A stretch of 64,000 bases of DNA from Terriglobia bacterium (GCA_052139985.1 JBKQVI010000535.1:1920-65919); one strand, 5' to 3'. Numbered from the stretch's first letter, positions 26,087 to 35,494 are shown. Numbers and translations are program-made. The notes: a model not told the origin generated them from the letters alone.

Positions 26087-28960
26087 ATGAGCACGAATCC
26101 ACTGCGAGTCTTGAACACCTTGGGCCAGAGCGTTTGGTTCGATTACATTCGGCGCTCGGAGCTCACTACCGGGCATTTGAAAAAGTTGATCGATGACGAC
26201 GGCGTTTCGGGAGTAACGTCCAACCCCAGCATTTTCGAGAAGGCCATTTCCGCCGGCACCGACTATGACGATGCGATCCGGAAACTGGTGGAGGCCGGCA
26301 AAGAGACGCCGCTTATCTTCGAATCCCTGGAAGTCGAGGACATTCGCACCGCCGCCGATATCTTCCGCCCCGTTTATGATTCCACCGAAGGCCGGGATGG
26401 GTTTGTCAGCATCGAAGTGGCGCCAACCTTGGCTCGCGATACGCAGGGCTCGATTGCGGAAGCGCGCCGCTTGTGGCGGGAAGTTAACAGGCCGAACATC
26501 CTGGTGAAGATTCCGGGAACGGCAGAGGGCCTGCCTGCCATTGAGCGGCTCCTGGGCGAGGGCATCAATATCAATATCACCCTGCTGTTTGCCATCGAGC
26601 GTTACGCGGAAGTGGCATGGGCCTACATCGCGGCGCTGGAAAAACTGGCGCGCGAGGGGAAGCCGCTCAATCGCATTGCCTCAGTGGCCAGCTTCTTTGT
26701 GAGCCGCATCGACGTGATGGTTGACCAGGAACTCCAAGTGAAACTTTCCGCGGCGAAGAGTGCGGAGGAGAAGCGGCGGCTGGAGTGGTTGCAGGGCAAG
26801 ACCGCCATTGCCAATGCCAAGCTCGCCTATGTAAAGTTCAAGGAAATCTTCGCCAGTCCGCGTTCCCAGGCTTTGGCGCAAAAGGGCGCGCGGGTGCAGC
26901 GCATGCTATGGGCTTCCACCGGCACCAAGAATCCTCATTACAGCGATACCCTTTACATTGACACGCTCATTGGTCCCGACACGGTCAATACCATGCCGGT
27001 ACCGTCGCTAGCGGCCTATCGCGACCACGGGAAGCCCGCCACGCGAATTGAAGAGGGTTTGGATGAAGCCAGGACCGTAATGCAGCAATTGGCGGAAGAG
27101 GGAATCGACCTGGCGGTCATCACGCGGAAGTTGGAGGACCAGGGAGTCGAGTTATTCACCAAAGATTACGAAAAGCTACTGGCCGCACTTGGCGAAAAGC
27201 GCCGCCAATACTCTTCGGCGCCGTCAGTGCAGCCGACTGGAATCGCGGTTAGCACGCAGGGGGCCACGGACGCGGCGCTCGGCCGGCTGCAGGCGCAAGA
27301 CTTTCCGCGCCGGTTGTGGGATCGTGACGCAACGCTATGGAAACAGGATCCCGGGCATCAAAAGATCATCCGCAACGCCCTCGGGTGGCTGACAGTGCCG
27401 CAGACCATCCTTGCACAATTGGATGCCATCGAGAGTTTCTCCCAGGAAGTCAAGGGTGCGGGCTTTACCCACCAAGTTTTGCTGGGTATGGGCGGCAGCA
27501 GCCTTTGCCCGGATGTGTGCCGCGCCACGTTTGGCACCAAGCCCGGATTTTTGCAATTGTCGGTGCTGGATTCCACGGTCCCCGCCAGCGTCGCTGCCGT
27601 GGAAGATTCGATCGACCTCGCCAACACGCTCTTTGTGGTCTCAAGCAAGTCGGGTGGGACCACCGAGACAATGAGCTTCTTCCAGTACTTTTATGACCGC
27701 GTGCGGTCGGTAAAGGGCGAGCGGGCAGGCGAGAATTTTGTGGCCATTACGGATCCCGGGACATCGCTCGAGAAGCTGGCCAAAGAGAAGAACTTTCGGC
27801 GCATCTTTCCGGGGCAAGCGGACATCGGCGGCCGCTATTCGGCCCTCTCGAATTTTGGCATGGTGCCGGCTGCCCTGGCTGGCGTTCATGTTCACGGGTT
27901 ACTCGATCGCGCCACGCATATGGCGGCGGCCTGTGCCGCGGGAGTGGCCGCGAAAGACAGTCCCGGTTTCATCCTGGGCGCGGCCATAGGCCAAGCCGGG
28001 CTGAGTGGCCGCGACAAAATCACCTTTGTGGTCTCTCCGACCATCGCGACCTTTGCCGATTGGGTGGAGCAACTCATCGCCGAGAGCACGGGCAAGGAAG
28101 GGAAGGGGCTGGTCCCCGTGGCGGGCGAGGCGTTACGCGATCCGGCGGGCTATGGGCAGGATCGGGTTTTCGTACAAATCAAGCTTGTGTCTGAGGCCGA
28201 CGAGGCCACCGAAGCGACGCTCAAAGCGCTCGAAGTAGCGGGGCATCCGGTGATCCGGATTATCCTGCATGATGTTCTTGATCTCGGCGCCGAGTTCTTC
28301 CGTTGGGAAGTGGCCACGGCTGTGGCGGGAGCCCTGCTGGGCATCGATCCTTTCGATCAGCCGAACGTGCAAGAGAGCAAGGACAACACCAAGAGTCTGC
28401 TGGCCGAATATCGCGCTCAGGGAAAATTCCCTGAGGAAAAGCCCAGTCTGGAGTCCGACGGCTTAAAGATCTATGGCAACCTGGCCACGCAGGCAGCGGC
28501 ATCATCCTCGGTGGGTGAAGCGCTAACGGCGTTCTTGAGCCAGGCGCGGGCCGGCGATTATGTGGCGCTCATGGCGTACCTACAGCCCACACCGGAGCAC
28601 ACCGTGGCGCTGCAATCGTTGCGCAATAGCTTGCGTGATTCTACCCGTTTGGCGACCACCCTGGGTTATGGCCCGCGCTTTCTGCACTCCACCGGACAAC
28701 TGCACAAGGGTGGAGCGAACAACGGCCTTTTCATCCAGATCACCGCGGATGCAGCCGACGATTTGCCAATTCCCGGTGAGCCCTACACGTTCGCGGTGTT
28801 GAACCGTGCGCAAGCGCTCGGAGATTTGCGCTCGTTGGTCAGCAAGCAGCGGCGTGTGCTCCGGTTGCACCTGGGTGCGGATGCTGGCGCCCAACTCGCG
28901 AGGTTGGGCCGGCTGGTGCAGGACGCCACGCGGTCTTGGGCGCAGGCGACGTCGAGATAA
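26087..28960 (+). CDS. tal-pgi: bifunctional transaldolase / glucose-6-phosphate isomerase fusion
   Basis: N-terminal half: GVTSNPSIF and VKIPGT (Schiff-base Lys). C-terminal half: SSKSGGTTET, the PGI signature. GAAGGAGGA lies before the ATG at 26087. Confidence 0.9.
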   Translation: MSTNPLRVLNTLGQSVWFDYIRRSELTTGHLKKLIDDDGVSGVTSNPSIFEKAISAGTDYDDAIRKLVEAGKETPLIFESLEVEDIRTAADIFRPVYDSTEGRDGFVSIEVAPTLARDTQGSIAEARRLWREVNRPNILVKIPGTAEGLPAIERLLGEGININITLLFAIERYAEVAWAYIAALEKLAREGKPLNRIASVASFFVSRIDVMVDQELQVKLSAAKSAEEKRRLEWLQGKTAIANAKLAYVKFKEIFASPRSQALAQKGARVQRMLWASTGTKNPHYSDTLYIDTLIGPDTVNTMPVPSLAAYRDHGKPATRIEEGLDEARTVMQQLAEEGIDLAVITRKLEDQGVELFTKDYEKLLAALGEKRRQYSSAPSVQPTGIAVSTQGATDAALGRLQAQDFPRRLWDRDATLWKQDPGHQKIIRNALGWLTVPQTILAQLDAIESFSQEVKGAGFTHQVLLGMGGSSLCPDVCRATFGTKPGFLQLSVLDSTVPASVAAVEDSIDLANTLFVVSSKSGGTTETMSFFQYFYDRVRSVKGERAGENFVAITDPGTSLEKLAKEKNFRRIFPGQADIGGRYSALSNFGMVPAALAGVHVHGLLDRATHMAAACAAGVAAKDSPGFILGAAIGQAGLSGRDKITFVVSPTIATFADWVEQLIAESTGKEGKGLVPVAGEALRDPAGYGQDRVFVQIKLVSEADEATEATLKALEVAGHPVIRIILHDVLDLGAEFFRWEVATAVAGALLGIDPFDQPNVQESKDNTKSLLAEYRAQGKFPEEKPSLESDGLKIYGNLATQAAASSSVGEALTAFLSQARAGDYVALMAYLQPTPEHTVALQSLRNSLRDSTRLATTLGYGPRFLHSTGQLHKGGANNGLFIQITADAADDLPIPGEPYTFAVLNRAQALGDLRSLVSKQRRVLRLHLGADAGAQLARLGRLVQDATRSWAQATSR

Positions 28961-29037
28961 CTGCGTTATCGTGGCTATTTGCGGTGCAATAGGGATGGCT
29001 TCTTTACCCGGACCGGGTGCCCCGCTGACCGCATCGG

Positions 29038-29340
29038 GGTTAAAACAGAGGTTAAGGCGCCCGCCAAAGCCCGTGAAACGGGCGAAGTCATTTAGCCCAC
29101 GGTGAGCCAGCCGTGGGAAAGGACCGCAGTAAAAGTAGTGCTGAGCCCCGGATGGGGTGACGTCTGGCGATAGTTTGAGGGAGGCGACTTCTATGTTCTT
29201 GCCTGAGGGTGCACGGATGTCGCCCCTAACGGGGCTGACGAATGTCGACGGTCGTCGGTGTCCCACGGCTGGCTCGCCGTGGGCTAAATGACTGCACCCG
29301 CTACGCGGGCTTTCAGTCACCGATGACGCTTGTTTTAACG
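29038..29340. repeat. about 300-bp imperfect palindrome (MITE-like) with 30-bp near-perfect inverted cores at 29089-29118 and 29261-29290
   Basis: catttagcccacggTgagccagccgtggga versus the reverse complement of the right arm, with 1 mismatch. Outer arms gttaaaaca...aaagcccg are also inverted. Confidence 0.8.
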
Positions 29341-29539
29341 TCCATGGCACCCCCGGCCTTTTGGGTGAGGCCCCGGGCCGTTGCACTGCCCAGCCGGGGC
29401 GGGCCGGATGAGGGGGTTCTCGCGACAGGCTGGGGAAATAGCCGCCGCGGCAAGTTCCGAGTGAACATACGTAGGGTTAGCGGGGCTCTTTACCTCAACT
29501 TAATACCCACCGCAAGATACCGATGCGAGGAGAGGTTCC

Positions 29540-31090
29540 ATGCCGGAAACAGCCGAGTTGGTCAATCCGTTGCGCGAAGGAATCCGTCTGCGCCGTACGC
29601 CCGATCCCTGTGCGATGGTTATTTTCGGCGCGTCCGGCGACCTCACCGAACGCAAGCTTATTCCGGCGCTTTTCTATCTTTCCCGTGAGCGCATGTTGCC
29701 CCCAGGTTTCGCCGTGGTGGGTTGTGCACGCACCCCCAAGAGCGACGAACAGTTCAGTAAGGAAATGTCCGACGGGGTGAAGAAATTCCTGCACCTGACG
29801 GCGGAGAGCGACGCTTTTGTCGAAGGATTCGCGAAAGGGCTGCACTACGTCGCCGACGATTTCAGCAAGCCCGAGGCTTATCAAAAGCTCAGGGAAACTC
29901 TCGATCACCTTGACCAGGAGCATGGAACCGCCGGTAATCGGCTTTTCTACCTGGCGACCCCGCCAAGCTTTTTCCCCGTCATCGTGAAACACCTGGGCGC
30001 CGCCGGGCTGGCCAAACCCAAGGATCCGGGGAAAACCTGGACGCGCATCATCCTGGAGAAGCCCTTTGGGCGAAGCCTGGATAGCGCGCTGGAATTGAAC
30101 CAGACGGTCACCGGCGTTTTCACGGAAGATCAGGTTTATCGCATCGACCACTACCTTGGCAAAGAGACGGTGCAAAACCTGTTGGTGTTTCGGTTCGCCA
30201 ACGGCATTTTCGAACCCTTCTGGAATCGCCGCTACATCGACCACGTGCAAATCTCCGTAGCGGAAGAGTTGGGGGTGGAGAATCGCGGCGCGTATTACGA
30301 AGAGGCGGGGCTGCTGCGCGACATGATCCAGAATCACGTGCTCCAGTTGCTGAGCCTGGTGGCCATGGAGCCTCCCACAACTTTTCAAGCTACGGCGGTG
30401 CGCGATGAGAAGGCCAAAGTCATGGGCGCGCTGAGGCCCATCCGCCCCGAGCGAGTCAGTGAATTCGTGGTGCGCGGCCAATACGTCGAAGGATTTGTTG
30501 GGGGCAAGAAAGTTCCCGCCTACCGGACGGAGCCTAAGGTTTCGCCCACTTCGACCACCGAAACTTACGCGGCCTTCAAATTCTTTATCGACAATTGGCG
30601 GTGGGCGGATGTCCCCTTCTACCTGCGCTCCGGCAAACGCTTGCCGAAGCGCGTTTCCGAAATCTCCATCCAGTTTCGCCGCGTGCCGCACCTGCTCTTC
30701 AAAGGCGCGGGCGCGGAAAGCATTGAGCCCAACATCCTTGCCATTCGCATACAGCCCAACGAAGGGATTTCATTGAAATTCTGCGCCAAGCTTCCGGGAA
30801 CCACCATGCAGATTCGGCCGGTGGAAATGGAATTCCTCTACGGCGAGTCGTTTGGCGCGGCCCCGCCCACTGCCTATGAAACGCTGCTGCACGATTGCAT
30901 GCTTGGCGACGCCACCTTGTTCAACCGCGCCGATGCCGTGGACCTTTCCTGGGAGTTGGTGGACCCGATCCTCGAACGCTGGAAGGAGGACGGGCCCAGT
31001 GGGCTCGCTTTCTATGCGGCGGGCAGTTGGGGACCGCAAGAGGCGGATGACTTTATCGAACGCGACGGCCGGCAGTGGCGAAGGCTGTGA
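29540..31090 (+). CDS. zwf: glucose-6-phosphate 1-dehydrogenase
   Basis: IFGASGDLTERKL and the RIDHYLGKE signature. 516 aa. Confidence 0.95.
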   Translation: MPETAELVNPLREGIRLRRTPDPCAMVIFGASGDLTERKLIPALFYLSRERMLPPGFAVVGCARTPKSDEQFSKEMSDGVKKFLHLTAESDAFVEGFAKGLHYVADDFSKPEAYQKLRETLDHLDQEHGTAGNRLFYLATPPSFFPVIVKHLGAAGLAKPKDPGKTWTRIILEKPFGRSLDSALELNQTVTGVFTEDQVYRIDHYLGKETVQNLLVFRFANGIFEPFWNRRYIDHVQISVAEELGVENRGAYYEEAGLLRDMIQNHVLQLLSLVAMEPPTTFQATAVRDEKAKVMGALRPIRPERVSEFVVRGQYVEGFVGGKKVPAYRTEPKVSPTSTTETYAAFKFFIDNWRWADVPFYLRSGKRLPKRVSEISIQFRRVPHLLFKGAGAESIEPNILAIRIQPNEGISLKFCAKLPGTTMQIRPVEMEFLYGESFGAAPPTAYETLLHDCMLGDATLFNRADAVDLSWELVDPILERWKEDGPSGLAFYAAGSWGPQEADDFIERDGRQWRRL

Positions 31091-31357
31091 AGAGCGGTAG
31101 GCAGAAAGCAGAAGGGAGTGGGCAGAGAGCGGCACGTAACCGTGGGTTTTCTCGAGTTTCTTGTCGCACTTCCGAGAGGAAGGGCCGAGCAGATTGTGGC
31201 AAAATGTGTGCGGACTCAGGATGACACCCGAGGAGGATCCTTGCCAATTCGTAAGGCCACAGCTTTAGCCTCGGCAGAACGTCATGCGGCGTTCATGACG
31301 TTTGCCTGCGACATTTTTCCCGATAGATAGGCTTCTGGCTGTGGGCTTACTTTGTTC

Positions 31358-31386
31358 TTGACGTCGGTAATAACTTTGTGTACACT
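31358..31386 (+). promoter_or_regulatory. sigma-70-like promoter candidate (TTGACG-17 nt-TACACT) inside the zwf-opcA spacer
   Basis: -35 at 31358-31363 and -10 at 31381-31386 with exact 17-nt spacing. The host's promoter consensus is not known to me. Confidence 0.35.
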
Positions 31387-31503
31387 AGACCGGGAGGCTG
31401 GTTTCCGCGGGTGTTGAAGTTGCTCCTCCCGACATTAGGCCCCTTCCGGGAGGAAATGAACCGAGATCGCGATGTCGCTAAAAAGAGATGTTAAAAATGA
31501 AGG

Positions 31504-31570
31504 GTGCTCCCAATAGTTGATTGAAAACAAAGGGTCAAAAGAAGTGCTCCCAATAAGTTGATGAAAAAAC
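31504..31570 (-). repeat. two copies of the AT-rich box (minus strand: TTGTTTTCAATCAACTATTGGGAGCAC and GTTTTTTCATCAACTTATTGGGAGCAC)
   Basis: Copies at 31504-31531 and 31544-31570. Same family as 42013-42274. Confidence 0.8.
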
Positions 31571-31723
31571 AGAAGTTACACTTCTTTATGGGTAAGTTAT
31601 TTAAAATAGATGGGATAGGTCGAATTTGATGTTCAAATTCCTCCCGACCGCGAACAAGTGAACAGAAGTAAGCCATCTACTGTCCAAAATCGGATGAACT
31701 ATTGAAACGAAAGGAGTGACCCA

Positions 31724-32863
31724 TTGGGTGGCACGCTTCAGGAATTTGCCTTAGGGGAGCCTCGGCCCGCGAATGTGGCGGAGATTGAGGCCGGGCTGGC
31801 CGCCATGTGGCGAAGCGCAGCGGAAGCCTCAGGCGCGGAGTCTACGGTGACGCGCGCCTCCGCATTGACCTTGCTGGTGTATGTGGATTGTGCGGCGGCA
31901 GCACGCGAAGTAAGCAACCTGATCGCCGACGTGACTCGACAGAATCCCTGCCGAGCGGTGGTGATGCTGATGGACCCCAAGGGGTCGCCTCCGGGCTTGA
32001 TGGCTTCCGTCTCCGCTCATTGCCACATGCCAGTGGAGGGCGAAAGCCAGATTTGCAGTGAGCAGATCACTTTGAACGCGCGGGGTGAAACGGGCCCGGA
32101 GCTCGCCAGCGTGGTCCTTCCCCTCACCGTTTCCGGCTTGCCGATTTATCTTTGGTGGCGGGCAGAAGGCTTCGCCATGCCTGCCTATTTCGACCAGATC
32201 CTGCGCGTGACGGAGCATGTGATTGTGGATTCGGCGCGCTTTGCCGCTACCGGGGCGGACCTGCGAGCCCTGGCCGCATGGTCGGCGAAGTATGCCGGGC
32301 GGATTCGCCTATCCGACCTGAACTGGTCAAGGGCCACGCCGTGGCGCGAAGTGATGGCGCAATGCTTTGATTCTCCCGACCGCCGGCCTTATCTCCACCG
32401 GATCCAGAAGCTCCGCATCGAGTATGAAATGGAGTCGGCACGCCTCTCGACGCAGCGCGCGCAGAGCCTGCTTCTTACGGCATGGCTCGCCACCCGTCTG
32501 GGATGGGAATTCCGGCGTGCCGACCCGCGACAGGGGAACTTGCCGCGTTCGTTCTACTTTCATTCCGGCGTTGGCGGGGTGAAGGTTGAGAGGGTGCTGA
32601 GGAAAGTGGAGGGCGGTGGAAGCGGAGTTTGTTTCTCTTTCGTGATTGAGGCCGACGGCGCGCGCTTTTCCTTCTCGCGTGGACCGGATGGGATTGTGGT
32701 GCAGACCCTTGCGGAAGTCCCAGGCCAGCCGCCTATCGGACGCACAGTGCGCATTGAGGCAGGGGACGAAGTTGAGATTCTGAACGATGAACTCATGCTC
32801 GCCGGCCGCGACCACGTTTATGAAGAAGCCCTGGCGCTCGTGGCGCAAATGACAAGCGATTGA
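31724..32863 (+). CDS. opcA: OpcA-like glucose-6-phosphate dehydrogenase assembly/effector protein
   Basis: Position after zwf, about 380 aa, segments such as ASALTLLVY and LPIYLWWR recalled from OpcA. TTG start with AAGGAG upstream. Confidence 0.7.
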   Translation: MGGTLQEFALGEPRPANVAEIEAGLAAMWRSAAEASGAESTVTRASALTLLVYVDCAAAAREVSNLIADVTRQNPCRAVVMLMDPKGSPPGLMASVSAHCHMPVEGESQICSEQITLNARGETGPELASVVLPLTVSGLPIYLWWRAEGFAMPAYFDQILRVTEHVIVDSARFAATGADLRALAAWSAKYAGRIRLSDLNWSRATPWREVMAQCFDSPDRRPYLHRIQKLRIEYEMESARLSTQRAQSLLLTAWLATRLGWEFRRADPRQGNLPRSFYFHSGVGGVKVERVLRKVEGGGSGVCFSFVIEADGARFSFSRGPDGIVVQTLAEVPGQPPIGRTVRIEAGDEVEILNDELMLAGRDHVYEEALALVAQMTSD

Positions 32864-32924
32864 GCCATTTGATCGTCGGGTCATCGAGCCATTGAAAGCA
32901 TTCGCAGGAAGAATGAGAAGAAGT

Positions 32925-32958
32925 AGTAGCGCTGACCTATAAAACAAGTCCGCGCTAC
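32925..32958. repeat. single hairpin related to REP family A (gtagcgctgacct-ataaaaca-agtccgcgctac)
   Basis: Read directly. Lies between opcA and pgl and is itself flanked by inverted gtcatcgagccatt arms. Confidence 0.7.
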
Positions 32959-32983
32959 AGGCTCTAAATGGCTCGATGACCAA

Positions 32984-33754
32984 ATGACTCAATGGACAGA
33001 TGACTCAATGACCCGATCTCCCGAGGTCCGCATCTTCGATGGGCTGGAACCACTAAGCTGGGCTGCCGCTACGCGCTTGGAAGAACAGGCGCGCGTGAAA
33101 GCCATTGAGAAGAAGCCTTTTTCTGTGGCGCTCTCTGGGGGCTCGACGCCCAAGCTGCTCTTTGAGCTCCTTGCCAGTCCGACGTTCCAAGGACGTGTGC
33201 GCTGGCCAAACCTCCAATTGTTCCAGGTGGATGAACGCTGCGTGCCGCCCGACGATCCACAGAGTAACTACCGCATGATTCGTCAGGCGCTGCTGGAATC
33301 CGTGCCGCTTCCGAAGGAAAATTTCCACCGCATGGCGGCAGAGCGCCCGGACCGCGAGCAAGCAGCGCATGAGTACGCACAAGAGATAGCGAGCGTACTG
33401 CGGCCCGCGCCGCAGGAGTGGCCGCGACTGGACCTTGTATTGCTCGGAATGGGCCCGGACGGACACACCGCATCGCTCTTTCCCGACAGCGCGGCGCTGA
33501 ATGAACGGGCGGCATGGGTGGTGCCCAATTTTGCGCCCAAGCTCAACTCCTTTCGCCTCACCTTGACTTTGCCTGTGCTTAACGCCGCCGCTCATGTTAT
33601 CTTTTTGGTGGCGGGTGCGGATAAGGCGGAGACCTTGCGTCAGGTGCTCGAAGGTTCCCAAGGACAGTTTCCGGCGCAGCTTATCCAGCCCGCCAGCGGC
33701 CGCCTAAGCTGGTTTCTTGATGAAAGCGCGGCGCATCTGCTGAAGAAGCAGTGA
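32984..33754 (+). CDS. pgl: 6-phosphogluconolactonase
   Basis: LSGGSTP motif and the DER..PP..P.SN pattern. An alternative start lies at 33008. Confidence 0.9.
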   Translation: MTQWTDDSMTRSPEVRIFDGLEPLSWAAATRLEEQARVKAIEKKPFSVALSGGSTPKLLFELLASPTFQGRVRWPNLQLFQVDERCVPPDDPQSNYRMIRQALLESVPLPKENFHRMAAERPDREQAAHEYAQEIASVLRPAPQEWPRLDLVLLGMGPDGHTASLFPDSAALNERAAWVVPNFAPKLNSFRLTLTLPVLNAAAHVIFLVAGADKAETLRQVLEGSQGQFPAQLIQPASGRLSWFLDESAAHLLKKQ

Positions 33755-33860
33755 GAACGGCAGCGACTAGTCGTTAGTGGAAAGTGGTTAGTGGACAGCG
33801 CCGTGTGCGGTGCTTAGCGGGCAAAGGTTTGATGGGCAGTGAAGAGGTCCCCGTCAAGAG

Positions 33861-34604
33861 GTGTACAGGGCCTGTGGGTCACTAGCCACTAACCACTATC
33901 CATTGCCTTATCTACTGCTTTTAGGGGGGTGGTACCTGCAAGTCAAGATTGCTCCTTCGATTCTCTCCGCGGACTTCACCCGCTTGGGCGAACAAGTGCA
34001 AATGGTGGAGGCGGCCGGGGTGGACCGCTTTCAGGTGGACGTGATGGACGGCCGCTTCGTTCCCAACATCACTTTTGGAACCCTTGCCGTCCGCAGCCTG
34101 CGACCGCTGACACGTCTGACCATCGAGGCGCACTTGATGGTCACGCCACCCGAGGATTTCATTGAGGCGTTCGCCGCCGCGGGAGCCGACACCATCATCG
34201 TTCATCAGGAATCCACTCCGCATTTGCACCGTGCGCTTGAACACATTCGCGGCCTGGGGAAGAAAGCCGCAGTGGCTCTGAATCCTTCCACGCCGGCCTC
34301 TGTGCTTTCGGAAGTACTCGACATGGTGCAAATGGTATTGGTCATGACAGTGAATCCGGGTTTTGGCGGCCAGAAGTTTATCTCCAGCACGCTGCCGAAA
34401 ATCCGCCAGGTGCGCAATTCGCTGATTGAGCGCGGATTGGATTGCGAAGTGGAAGTGGATGGCGGTATTAACGAGAAGACGATCGGTTTGGCGGCTGAGG
34501 CTGGCGCGGATGTCATGGTGGCGGGTTCCTCCGTCTACGACGCGCCGGATGGCGTACGGTCGGCCATCGCGCGATTGATTGCGCGTGCCGAGAGGAAGAA
34601 TTAA
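33861..34604 (+). CDS. rpe: ribulose-phosphate 3-epimerase (start uncertain)
   Basis: KIAPSILSADF, MTVNPGFGGQKF, VDGGI. The conserved core begins near 33940. Candidate starts are the GTG at 33861 or an in-frame TTG near 33910; neither is verified. Confidence 0.85.
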   Translation: MYRACGSLATNHYPLPYLLLLGGWYLQVKIAPSILSADFTRLGEQVQMVEAAGVDRFQVDVMDGRFVPNITFGTLAVRSLRPLTRLTIEAHLMVTPPEDFIEAFAAAGADTIIVHQESTPHLHRALEHIRGLGKKAAVALNPSTPASVLSEVLDMVQMVLVMTVNPGFGGQKFISSTLPKIRQVRNSLIERGLDCEVEVDGGINEKTIGLAAEAGADVMVAGSSVYDAPDGVRSAIARLIARAERKN

Positions 34605-34609
34605 GAAGT

Positions 34610-34696
34610 GTAGCGCGGACCTGTTTTTGTAGGTCCGCGGTTTTTAATCTTTGGGTGAGGAGAAGCCGCGGACCTAAAGGACAGGTCCGCGCTACT
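34610..34696. repeat. REP-like palindromic element, family A
   Basis: gtagcgcggacctgtttttgtaggtccgcgg ... ccgcggacctaaaggacaggtccgcgctac. Same architecture as 15895-15981. Confidence 0.85.
34614..34645 (+). terminator. intrinsic terminator candidate after rpe, formed by the left hairpin of the REP element
   Basis: 9-bp stem cgcggacct/aggtccgcg followed by GTTTTT. Confidence 0.55.
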
Positions 34697-34882
34697 ACTC
34701 CGACAAGTGATGGCTGCTTGGAATCTGGAAAGCGCACGTAACCTCGCGAGACTTGTGGCATCAAAACTGTAGGTAAGGGTTGAGCCGTCCGGTTGTTGCG
34801 AGGGAAAGCTCGACTGGCGGCCAAGGCAAGTAATCGAGTGAGGCTGTCGTCGGGCGAGAACTGTTTTGAGCTCATAACTCTG

Positions 34883-35494
34883 ATGACTGAACAACCTCAG
34901 GCAACTTTGGCGCGCGACGAGGGGCATCTCGTCAGCGAAGCGAAGGCGGGGAACTATTCCGCCTTCGAGGAACTTGTGAACCGCTATGAGAAGAAGATCT
35001 ACCGTCTGGGAATGAACATCACGGGGAACCGCGAGGATGCCGAGGATGTGCTTCAGGACGCATTTCTTAAAGCCTTTGAGCACCTGCCGGATTTTCGCGA
35101 AGACTCGCGTTTTTACACCTGGATTGTGCGCATCGCCGTGAACGAAGCGCTGATGAAGCTACGCAAGCGGCGAAGCAGCCGGGAAGTTCCGATGGACGAC
35201 TCGGAGGATGAGAACGGGGAAGTGTTGGTGCGGGAGTTCGCCGATTGGAAGCCGAACCCCGAACAGCAGTTTGCTCAGACTGAACTGGAGGGTATCCTTC
35301 AGGGCGCGGTGAGTTCGCTCTCACCGGGTTTTCGCACCGTCTTTTACCTGCGCGACGTGGAAGGATTATCCACGGAAGAAACCGCCGAGCTGCTGAAATT
35401 GACGGTGGGCGCGGTAAAGGCCCGGCTGTTCCGGGCGCGCCTTCGATTACGCGAGGAATTGAGCAAAACTTTCAAGCAGGGGGGACATTCGTGA
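34883..35494 (+). CDS. ECF RNA polymerase sigma factor
   Basis: AEDVLQDAFLKAF...FYTWIVRIAVNEA (region 2) and FYLRDVEGLSTEETAELL (region 4). ATG at 34883. Confidence 0.85.
   Translation: MTEQPQATLARDEGHLVSEAKAGNYSAFEELVNRYEKKIYRLGMNITGNREDAEDVLQDAFLKAFEHLPDFREDSRFYTWIVRIAVNEALMKLRKRRSSREVPMDDSEDENGEVLVREFADWKPNPEQQFAQTELEGILQGAVSSLSPGFRTVFYLRDVEGLSTEETAELLKLTVGAVKARLFRARLRLREELSKTFKQGGHS

Noticed and set aside
28580-29386. 268-aa minus-strand ORF
   Set aside because: It spans the 3' end of tal-pgi and the long palindromic element. Its translation (…PRLAHRGLNDF…SPVRGDIRAPSG…) is the kind of pseudo-protein produced by reading through REP/MITE repeats.
29495-30691. 398-aa minus-strand ORF
   Set aside because: Antisense shadow of zwf, whose plus-strand product has the RIDHYLGKE signature. 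No motif in the antisense product.
31491-31676. 61-aa minus-strand ORF in the zwf-opcA spacer, and the small ORFs 41908-42189 and 42219-42455
   Set aside because: They are made largely of the AT-rich box repeats and have no ribosome-binding site or protein-like composition. I kept them as repeats rather than CDS, although tiny peptides cannot be excluded without ribosome profiling.
33861-33940. N-terminal 26 residues of the rpe ORF as annotated by the ORF track
   Set aside because: The conserved epimerase core starts at KIAPSILSADF. The upstream residues overlap an inverted TAGTGG repeat and are probably not coding. The true start (an in-frame TTG near 33910, or a non-canonical codon) cannot be fixed from sequence alone.
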